Assembly: GCA_964016885.1 (NCBI GenBank) | Contig: OZ024741.1 | Coordinates: forward strand, 337,342,001-337,406,000 | Direction: 5' to 3' | From: Eledone cirrhosa | Taxonomy: Eukaryota | Length of the DNA stretch: 64,000 nucleotides | Shown here: positions 52,421 to 64,000 of the stretch, piece after piece | Layout: every line of letters begins with the position of its first letter | Numbering within the stretch: the first letter of the stretch is position 1 | Translations under genes and position numbers: made by a program | Notes under the pieces: generated by a model | What the model was told of the DNA's origin: nothing | The model's input: the letters and a program-made list of their open reading frames with translations, nothing else | Database searches by the model: none

Positions 52421-52763
52421 TTACTCACAACCTTCTTACAATAAAGTCATTGGCCTCTGGAAACAAAAATAGAGAGAAAAGTAGAAAAAAGTTGTAGTAA
52501 CAAATTGTATTATTAATAATAATAATTGTTTCTACTTTAGGCACAGGGCCAGCAATTACCCAGTACATTACTGGTACTTTATTTTATCGACCCCGTAAGG
52601 ATGAAAGGCAAAGTTAACCTCGGCGGGATTTGAACCTAACAAACAACCCTTGGTAAGTACTCTGAGTACTGATTTGCAGGATTAATACATTAAAATCTTG
52701 TCTCATTGAGTGATTAATGAGAGCAACGGAGCAACGCCTTCATATATGTATGTATATATGTAC

Positions 52764-52798
<35 letters not shown>

Positions 52799-52799
52799 C

Positions 52800-52926
<127 letters not shown>

Positions 52927-52947
52927 CACATATATGCATATATACAT

Positions 52948-52981
<34 letters not shown>

Positions 52982-53244
52982 GTATGTATATATACATATA
53001 TACATACATGTATGAAGGCGCGTAGCTGATAGGTTAGAGAATTGGATTCACAATTGTGTGGTGGTGAGTTTGATTCCTGGACCGAGCAATGTGCTATGTC
53101 CTTGTGCAAGACACTTTATTTCCCGTTGCACCTTCTACCTGGAGTTGCGACCGATAGATAGTATTAGCAATTGCAAAGACCAATTGAAATGTTGTTTTTT
53201 CAGTCCAATTTGACAAAAGTCGATTGACTGTCATGCATATATAT

Positions 53245-53325
<81 letters not shown>

Positions 53326-53936
53326 TATATATAAGCAAGGAAAAGCGGACGTAAAATGACGATGATATATATATATCAAATGAAAAAACGGAGTTAAAAA
53401 TTTTTGTTAGTCCCCGGTAATTTATATATATGTATATATATATATATATATAAATCAAATTTAAGACAGAATGAGATGATACAATTTGAACAAAGAAACA
53501 ATATCTGATCATCAGCTATCTGTTTTAGACACTGATACCCAAAGAATCTGTGAACCATGTTACCTTTGAATACTAGTGTCTCTAGAATGGATGGTTGAAG
53601 ATCAGATATTGTTTGTTTGTTCCATTTGTTATTGCCTCATTCCACCTACAATTTGATTTATAGAATTTTCCACTACTACACACTGTTATTTCTCTACTTG
53701 CCTAATATAGAAAACACAAAAAACAAGATGGTGTAGGACAGATCAAAGGAGAGACACAAAATAAAAACCCAGTCACTGAGGAGATCACAGAATGTGTGAA
53801 AAAAAGAGCTTTGACAATATATAAACAAGCATACAGTTATTGAAACAACCGGAAATTTATAATAAATTGAAGTGAAAGCGAACAGGTGCATGTGTTTTTA
53901 TTGGCAGCATGACCCTCCCAAAGTATAATAATATAT

Positions 53937-54037
<101 letters not shown>

Positions 54038-54155
54038 ATATATTATATATATATATATATATATGTGTATATTAAGATAAGCAGAACAAGTAAAATTCAA
54101 TCAATTCTTTAAAATACATAAAAAAAAATAATATAAATATTTACCTCTCCTAGTG

Positions 54156-54237
54156 GCCCTTACTGATCAGTTTCGCTTTGTAAAACCTCATAAATCCGAT
54201 GGATTTCTGATGGAAAACCAAAGCTCATCAGAGAAGC
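54156..54237 (-). ncRNA. Type I hammerhead ribozyme with extended stem II (left copy)
   Basis: GCTTCT-CTGATGA-GCTTTG-[inner hairpin AAATCC/GGATTT]-CAAAGC-GAAAC-TGATCA-GTA-AGGGC. Predicted cleavage between 54161 and 54160. Confidence 0.85.
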
Positions 54238-54643
54238 ATTTTCCTTTCCTAGGGCTAAGCGTCCCAGGAACGACAAAATATATGACCTCCTGCCAGCAAA
54301 TAAAGGTCTGAAAGGTCGTAAAAGTGACCCGTATGTAAACTGGACCGAAGTAAAAGCGGGAAAATCAAAGACTTGCTGTCTACAATTACTACTAAAAAAA
54401 ATAGCTGCTAAATAGAACAACAGATTTGTTCTCAACATAACGGAGAATAATGAATAAAGTTAATATGTCCAAGGATACTAGGTACCCCTAGAAATACATA
54501 GGTTGTCTATGATTCAAGGTTGTTCAATGGTACTAATTTGATACACCAGAACTTTAATATTAAGATAAGCAGAACAAGTAAAATTCAATCAATTCTTTAA
54601 AATACATTAAAAAATATAATATAAATATTTACCTCTCCTAGTG

Positions 54644-54725
54644 GCCCTTACTGATCAGTTTCGCTTTGTAAAACCTCATAAATCCGATGGATTTCTGATG
54701 GAAAACCAAAGCTCATCAGAGAAGC
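54644..54725 (-). ncRNA. Type I hammerhead ribozyme with extended stem II (right copy)
   Basis: Identical to 54156-54237. Predicted cleavage between 54649 and 54648. Confidence 0.85.
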
Positions 54726-54928
54726 ATTTTCCTTTCCTAGGGCTAAACGTCCCAGATATTTATTAAAATAACAGATTAAAGTTTAAGCAAAGAATCGCTG
54801 CTTTCACCCTTAATATTTGCTCTACGGTTCTTATATATTTGATATATATTTATCCTTATCGAGCCCTCTTTGAATTTTAGTCTTCAAATTTATTATTATT
54901 ACTATGTATATATATATATATAAATATA

Positions 54929-55559
54929 CTAGCTAAACTACCCGTCCTTTGGACGGTTCAAGTAGCTTTCGATGTAGCTCATTAAACAAAACAAAGTAAA
55001 GTTGAATACATAGAAGAAAAACGTACTTTATGTAAACATGAAAACCGTAGGCACTATTCCAGCGAAATAATTTTAGATAAATTTAAGCATAATATTGTAA
55101 AAGTTATGACATCACTTAATGTATGAACATCAAGCTTGAAACGTTAAATTATGCAATGTCAAATCTATAACTTAACTTAGTAATCTGTTAGAAATTGCTG
55201 GTTGTGAAATATACAAAATGATATTGTTAGTCTCTTTGTTTGAAGTACAAAGAGTAAATTAAAATCCGAATGAGCCGAATTACGAAAGATAACTCTTGAT
55301 TATGAAAGATAACTCTTGTCTTACTTAATCTCGAAAATTCACACAAATAACCGAAACTTGTTTAATGTCTCCAAAGGCCCCAATATCGATTTTTGAAAGC
55401 CTTTGTAGATCATGTTTTGTAGATCAGGTTTTGTGCAAGGAGAAGCTCTGTAAAAAATTTCAAAGAAATATCATGAATGGTTTAGAATATATGAGCCCTC
55501 ATTAAAAATTGTCCACACACACATACATACAGAAAACTACAGATTTATATATATACAGA
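54929..55559 (-). mobile_element. Complete non-autonomous Helitron
   Basis: Minus strand A|TCTGTATATATATAAA...CCGTCC-AAA-GGACGG hairpin...CTAG|T: 5' TC, subterminal hairpin, 3' CTAG, A/T target, no TSD. Confidence 0.85.
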
Positions 55560-58337
55560 TATATATCCAGCAACTACACAACCCCTGTTTCTTATATATA
55601 TATATATAAATATACGAGCTTCCTTGCAGTTTCCATCAACCAAATTACACTCACAGGGTATTGTTGAACCCAAAGTAGAAGACACTTGGTATTCTGCCTC
55701 ACTGCACCATATGGTTGTAATAGAAAATGTTTAACACTGCCATATATTATTATTAATTCAAAATAAAATTTACAATACAATTTCAACCGAAAAAAATTTC
55801 GACAGAAAGAAAAAACATTGGTACTTATTCATAAAAGGGTTAAGTGTAGGAAAGATAAACTCAGAAAATTTGTTTTATTACCAATCCCGGCTGCTAGATT
55901 GGCATTGCTTGTATCATTCTGAGATCAACTTCCTTACACTTTCATGGCTACTATCAATTTATTTTTCAGCTTTCTATTCTGTTTACCTAGTCCAATCATT
56001 GACAGAGGGACTGGTGTGGGGGAGATACTCTCAAAAGGAAATCTTTGGGGTTTCATTTTTTTTTCTTTTTTGGCTTCATTTGATTTTGATTTCCTTTTCG
56101 TTTTTTCTTCTTCTTTTTTGGCTACATTTCTTTGTTTTACATACTTGAGATTATTGCTTGTGTTTCTGGTTTTCAAGATCAAAGTTGGTTGCATCAGTGC
56201 AACCAACAGGGGGACATGAAGTTTAAAGAGCTTGCCAGGAAATTGTGGTTGTAAAACCTTGACATTCATTCCAGCATCAAAATCTATTGCTTCTTCTATA
56301 TCTATTTGCTTTGTTTTTTAATGTCTTTCTGTTGTTATTATTGTCATTGTTGATGTTGTTGTTGTTGTATTTGCAGTAGCTGCTTCTTTTTTCTCTGGTG
56401 ACACTTAATCTTCACAAATATCATAAAAAGAAGTACAGATCACTCACTCTTCCACTATTGACTTACTAGCAAGATTCCCAACCAAACATTTACTCCCATG
56501 TCGTAAAGTTAGCTTTATAAGATTATATCTAACGACTTTTTTTTTATTTTGTCTTTGTCTTTATCTTTACCTTTTGTCTTTGTCTTTTTGACTTTTCATA
56601 GGAATTTCTAGAAATATTTTACCAAGCTTTATTTTTCTCTGCCCATTTATTTATATTCTTGAATTTCTCATTATTCTTTCAAATGTTGTTTCCTCTTCTT
56701 GAGAAGAACTTTGTTTTTGTTTAATTCTGGTTTCTCTTTTGAAGCAAATCTTTTTCAAAACTATCTTCTCTGAACTGAAACATTATATTCTAGTTATTTT
56801 CATTTCACCAAATTTATTGTTATTATTAATATTATTATCTTTATCACCATTAATAAAACACTAATTTTCTTATATATAAATGTATACATTATTTATATAA
56901 ATTTGGATGGTTGGATTTCAAATTGTTCTTTAAATTATTTGCTATATATTTCAGTTGATTGTATTTCCAAGTACTACAATATAATCAAAATGTTAATACA
57001 TTGATCTCCAATTTAAACTTTATCAAATTAATAATATACTTTTTAAAAAAATTAAATTTGTTAACAAAGGAAGTATGTTCGGAATGCAATGAAGAAAGTT
57101 TAGAATTGAATTAGAAATAGAAGCTTTGGCTTAATATTTTTGATAATATTATCTGATAATAGGGTGTATGAACCCACTGAATAGAAAAAGATTGTGCTGA
57201 TACCCATCTTTTTTTCTGTTCAGTGGGTTTACATGCCCCATTATTAGACTATATTACAGTAAAAAATATTATGGCAAAGCTTCTATTTCTATTTCAAGTA
57301 AATTTATTATTTTTGTTTTAAATGTATTTAGATTTCATTTTGCAATATAACATCACCTGTTATTTATTCAATGAATGTATAGGAAAAGAAAACAGTGCAT
57401 TGTACTCATTGCTCTGTCTATGTTAAAAATAAACCACCAGACTAAAGACAACCATATTCTATATATTTTTTACTGGTTTCAGTAATAAAACTTTGGTCAT
57501 GCTAGGACACTGCCTGAAGGTATTTTAATTGATCATTTCCAACATAAACGGACTCAGACATACATACAGGCATACATATAAATACATACATAAAATTTAT
57601 CAAATAATAAAACCAGAATATATATGTATACACACATACATACACACACGCACATACACATACACACACAGGCATGTATGTATGCAAAAAGTAAATGGAA
57701 ACATCAAAGCAAACAATACAGTACAAAGAGAAGCTTGATAAACAGTGATTGCTGATAGGCTCAAAAATGATCATAATTGATGCCTTCAATTCACTACACT
57801 GCTTCCTCTATCCCTAATTCTACCCCTAATTCCTGATGGAATTGTAGAGGTGCCATTATGACATGGTGTATCTTGGGAACTTTAAACATGGCAAAGCCAA
57901 TCTTCTCTCCAAATCTGAACACAGTGTATTTTTTCCATAGAAGGAGAAAGTGAAGCTGGTGATTTTTGTTATTGATGTCAAATGGATGAAAGGCAAAGTT
58001 GACCTCAGCAGGATTTGAACTCAAAGTGCAAATAACCAGGACAAATACTGCAAAGCATTCTAACCGATGTTTTTATGACTGCTAATTCACTGCTACAACA
58101 CTACTAGCATGTATAATATAAAGGATGTCCAATGATTGTGACAAGTAAAGAAGACATTAAACCAGACAAAGATAATGATGACGATGATGATGATGATGAT
58201 ACATATTAGTACATCAATTTCAAATGCACGAAAGTTCTGAATATTAGCTCCAATCTTAGCATGTTTAACCTCAACATAATCTTTGATTAGGTTGAGATGA
58301 GGATGATATTAAATATACATAAACACACACACACGCA

Positions 58338-59480
<1,143 letters not shown>

Positions 59481-59954
59481 ATATATATAAGGTGGGTAAT
59501 AATGCCATTGCTTGATACTTAAGCATGAGCATCACAAACGTGGCTTTTTAGTCCTGCTAGGGACTTGCCTATGGTCAACAATGCCGTGTATCGCAAAGAA
59601 TGTCACAAATCAAGCAATGCCGTGCTTGAAGCTTTTTTAAGTGAGGAGCGGCTTTGTATGAGACAATCCCAACCTCTGAATATCGAATACATTTGCCCCA
59701 AAAGAAGAACTGGTCTACATCATTGGGTGCAAATGAAGTCGCAGGTTTTATATCAGGGTGGCCTTCTCTGAGGAGGGTGAATTTGAACACTCTGCAGGAT
59801 GGAAAACAAATTCCGTGAAAGGGTGGAGGAACTCAGGAGAGTCCACGGCCATCCAATAAAGTTATCTAAATTTTTTTTTTGTGGAGCTATAGTCTCCTAG
59901 TCTTCATTAATATATATATATACATATATATACACACACACGCATGTATATATA

Positions 59955-60063
<109 letters not shown>

Positions 60064-61379
60064 ATAATATATATATGAATCCTGAAAGAGTTTAGGCAAG
60101 AAACACAAAGGTGATAGACAGATGTTAAATAGAAATTGAGTCCTTAGGTAGAGTATTTTGTTTGAAATATGTTTTAAAATGTGTATTCCTCAACACTGTG
60201 TTCATTCCATTAACTAATTTTGTCATACAAAAGACAGCAATCTACTTTTCACCGTAGCAACAAGATTAACATCTTTCCCAGTGACATAACACAACTTTCA
60301 ATAGATTTCCTAACTAGAAATTTTAAATGGTTGTCTGGTTGCCATGCAGAGAGTGCTGTATGTAATAGTTGAATGTAAGAAATTCATTCTCAGTGTGAGC
60401 TAAATGGATTCATTTATTATTAACATGTCATTTTTCTTAGCTGTCAACTCTGGAGATGACACTCATTTGCACTATAATAGCCAGTAGTAAGAATAACCAA
60501 TATCATATAGTTGTACAACATATATATATGTGTGTATGTGTGTGTATGTGTGTGTGTGAGTGTGTGTGAAAGTATGTGTATGTATTTCTATCTCCCTTAT
60601 ATATATATATAATGGCTGAGTGGTCAGCTTCCTAGTTTGACGACCTAGAGGCCATAAGTTGAAATACTTTTACAAAATTTACATTACCTGTCCTTAGAAA
60701 AGGCACATTAAGTTGTATGCCCAGTATACTGAGATAGAATTAGGTGCCACCTCAGTTTGTAATTGGCATTGTGAAGGAAATTTAGCTGCACAACTTCAGC
60801 AAACGGAATTCTAAATGTTACCATATAGCTTGGAGGACTAATCTACTTTATGCGAATCTTATACATCTGCGGCATGTACAACATTGTTTCTTAATGAATA
60901 CATACAGGATAACAATTGAAACATTATGTTATTCCTGATACACTGTGGTGGTAATACATTAGATATAACTTGAAATTATTATTATTATAATTATTTGAAA
61001 CTCAGAGCGGTGAATTGGCAGTAATATTTTTAAGTTCCCGCTTTAGATCCTGGTACCAGTTAATTTTCTCCTTCTCCTTTTCTTGCACTCTTGTGTTAAA
61101 GGGGCTAGCTACATTTATAATCAAGCAAAATCTTTTTTCCTTACGGGGTCAATAAAATAAAGTATCAGTAATGCATTGGAGTCGATTCAATTGACTTTCC
61201 TCTCCTCCAGAATTATTGGCCTTGTGCCTAAATTAGAGGAGTTATTATTTCAAACTTTCTTTGAATTCTTCTTTGTCATATCTTGCTGCATGTCAACCTG
61301 ACACCTGATGCAAAATTTGGTAATAGAAACATTTTACAATCAATTGTCATACAAATGATGCCAAAAGAGCATAAACAAC

Positions 61380-61720
61380 AGTAAATGTCTTTGCTTCTCC
61401 TTTGCCCACTTATCCTGAGAGGGTTGTGGGGGAAGAGTCCTCAAACACTCCTTCCAGCAGGTCCTGTCAGAAACAACTGATTCCAACTTATCCAGCTGGA
61501 TCTCCAAGTGAGACCAGCCGAGCTCATGAGTATTATCCAACAATCTTGCTCGGTGTCTACCCTTGGGTCTCTTGACAGTTGATTTTACCTGTAAAATCTG
61601 TCCAGCGATTCTTTCATGAGACATTCTAACCACGTGCCCATAGTATCAGGCCTGTGATCTCTCAATTTGGAGAAATAATGGTTCTATCTGGAGTGACTCT
61701 CTGATCTATAAGCTATGCAC
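61380..61720 (-). mobile_element. RTE LINE 3' end
   Basis: GHVVRMSHERIAGQIL...KRPKGRHRARLLD...DRTCWK. Confidence 0.8.
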
Positions 61721-61762
61721 TTTATCGATTAATGTTACTCCAAAGACCCACCAGAGTAGTAT

Positions 61763-61840
<78 letters not shown>

Positions 61841-61871
61841 TAGTGGTGGTGGTGGTGGTGGTGGTGGTGGT

Positions 61872-61953
<82 letters not shown>

Positions 61954-62240
61954 TCTAGTATTTTTGCCACGATAAAATTCACCAAGTATGCTCTGTAATA
62001 TATGTTGTGTTAGGAAGGGTAATAGGCCATTGAAAATATACCAAATATTAATTGTAGAAGCAAGACATGTCTCTCTAAGCCTGGGAGGATAGTAACTGTG
62101 AATATGAACTGACTTACACAAAAAAAACACATCCAAACCATGCAAGTATGGAAAGTGAATATAAAATAATGGTATTCATCAAACTCATATATATCATCAT
62201 CATCATAATCATCATCATAATTATTATTTAAACTTGTCTT

Positions 62241-62335
<95 letters not shown>

Positions 62336-62593
62336 ATCATGGATTGTTTGCCATCCCCAAACCAAATCTATCCTCTATTCCCCGTGTTGTTTTCGCCGTA
62401 ATTCTGTTATCGTATAAAACTAATTTTGCAATCAACACCTGAAGAAATCGCCTAAGACTTGCATCATGATCAGATGATCAAACTGGGCCATGAAATACGT
62501 ATAGTTAAATTTTAAAGAATGTTTCCAGTCTGGCCTTCTGTTGTTTTTAATTGAGTATGATGATGATGATGATGATATATATATATATATCAG

Positions 62594-62643
62594 GGCTTCC
62601 TGATGATTTCTCCTGAATGAAACAGTTCTAGTCCTGAGAAGCC
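62594..62643 (+). ncRNA. Type I hammerhead-like motif upstream of the GIY-YIG fragment
   Basis: GGCTTC-CTGATGA-TTTCTCCTGAAT-GAAAC-AGTTCTAGTCCT-GA-GAAGCC. Six-bp stem I; the T of the GTA site seen in sister copies is missing. Confidence 0.55.
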
Positions 62644-62774
62644 ATTTCTATATTAAATATATGTGTATCTTCCTCACATTAAATAGGTGAATTCCAATTA
62701 TATATATATGATGATGATATGTATAGACACACACATAGATATTTGTATATCTATATATCTGTCATTCTTTCTAT

Positions 62775-63175
62775 TATTACAAAATAATTGTTTACACAAA
62801 AACGCAGTTTATAAATGCACAGTTAAAACTAGAGACAAAATATTTAACTATATTGGTGCGACTTCAACAAAATTCAAAGAACGCTGGAATAACCATAAAC
62901 ACACATTTAAGAGATCCGATAAAAAATCTTCTACTTCACTTTCACATCTAATTTGGAACTTAAAAGACAACAATATAGACTATTCAATATCTTGGAGAAC
63001 GATTTCGAAAGCACCTGCATACCGAAATATGGCTTTCTCAAGATTCTGTAACTTGTGTATCGAAGACATTTTTTATATAATTAACTGTCACAAACTCTAT
63101 TAATCTTAGAACAGAATTATTTTCTTCTTGCAGACATCACCAAAATTCCACATTCAGAACTATTTTTAATTTATA
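62775..63175 (+). mobile_element. Penelope-like element GIY-YIG endonuclease C-terminal fragment
   Basis: CLHKNAVYKC...YIGAT...FKERWNNHK...LSHLIWNLK...CNLCIE. After a frameshift it continues NLRTELFSSCRH. Confidence 0.85.
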
Positions 63176-64000
63176 ATATTCCTAGACATCTTCAAAATGA
63201 TCCTATCATCTTTAAAATTTTTAATGTAAATTTTTTTTTTTTTTTTTAAATATTTTATATATTTTTAATATTTTTAATATTTCTAATTTTTTAAATATTT
63301 CTAATATTTTTTTTTTAATATTTCTAATATTTTTTTAATATTTCGAATATATTTTTTTAATATTTCGAATATTTTTACCTTTTAACATTAATTTTTTTAA
63401 TATATATATTTTTAATATATACTGTATATATATATTTTTGAATATTTTTAATTCTGACATTATTTTCCTAATGACACCCCTCTAAATATATTTTTTTAGA
63501 TGTAGATTGATAATCTTTAATTGACATTCTGAAAATGTATCCCCTTTACGATAGTTCTTCGAAATGCACATTACGTTTTGCCTCTCTTTTTAATATTCAA
63601 ACTTTCACACATCTTTCGACTAAAATAATTAATCTCACACGAAATAATATATAATTTTCTCTATATATTTTCTGAGTAAATCACTCATCAAATTTAACGG
63701 TTAACAAACAAAATTGGAGTTATCTTTCCTTTCTCAATAGTGCAAACATAAACATATTATGTACGATAATCTATCTGTTAGACCCGCAGTGACTAACAAC
63801 AGAATGTTTTAAGTCTGCGTGTCTGACATATATGCGTAGCTTGTGAATAAAAAATTCAAGGGGTGCCGCTGGCCGTGGTGATGATCGCTGCCAAACATGT
63901 TTTGTAATGTATCGTCTTATTGGCTAATGTCATCGTCTTATTGGCTAATCAACCAACGAGAGTAATTGTTACTCAAAAGCATCCGCCATTTTGTTTGCAC

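Larger units (their letters stand above)
54069..54755 (-). mobile_element. Retrozyme-like / Penelope pLTR-like non-coding unit: 199-bp direct repeats 488 bp apart, each with an HHR
   Basis: 54069-54267 matches 54557-54755 with about 3 differences, and is bordered on the left by (TA)n. Confidence 0.8.

Noticed and set aside
54160-54438. 92-aa ORF in the retrozyme-like monomer
   Set aside because: No recognisable domain; it overlaps the ribozyme and is of a length expected by chance.

Overview
AT-rich, repeat-dominated eukaryotic DNA, not prokaryotic. The tRNA-derived SINE families, RTE LINEs and very abundant (TA)n/(CA)n/(CAT)n tracts suggest a coleoid cephalopod such as an octopus (inference). 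The only convincing host gene is an intronless caspase-3/7-like ORF (40662-41441) with a variant SACRG active site. The rest is a 45-bp satellite with a 39-mer higher-order duplication, a decayed Ty3/Gypsy element with two 390-bp LTRs, fragments of RTE, Tx1/L1, CR1-group, CRE-like and Penelope-like retroelements, Helitron-type and TIR MITEs, SINEs and microsatellites. The signal the ORF track misses is a set of type I hammerhead ribozyme (HHR) motifs inside short direct and inverted repeats embedded in (TA)n. The best case is a non-coding 488-nt unit bounded by two identical HHRs with canonical cores (54069-54755, minus strand), the layout of a retrozyme or Penelope pLTR tandem that could release a unit-length, possibly circular, RNA. 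A second family carries the compensatory U3-A8 core variant inside a ~300-bp near-perfect palindrome. All structures were read by eye; no folding or database search was run.
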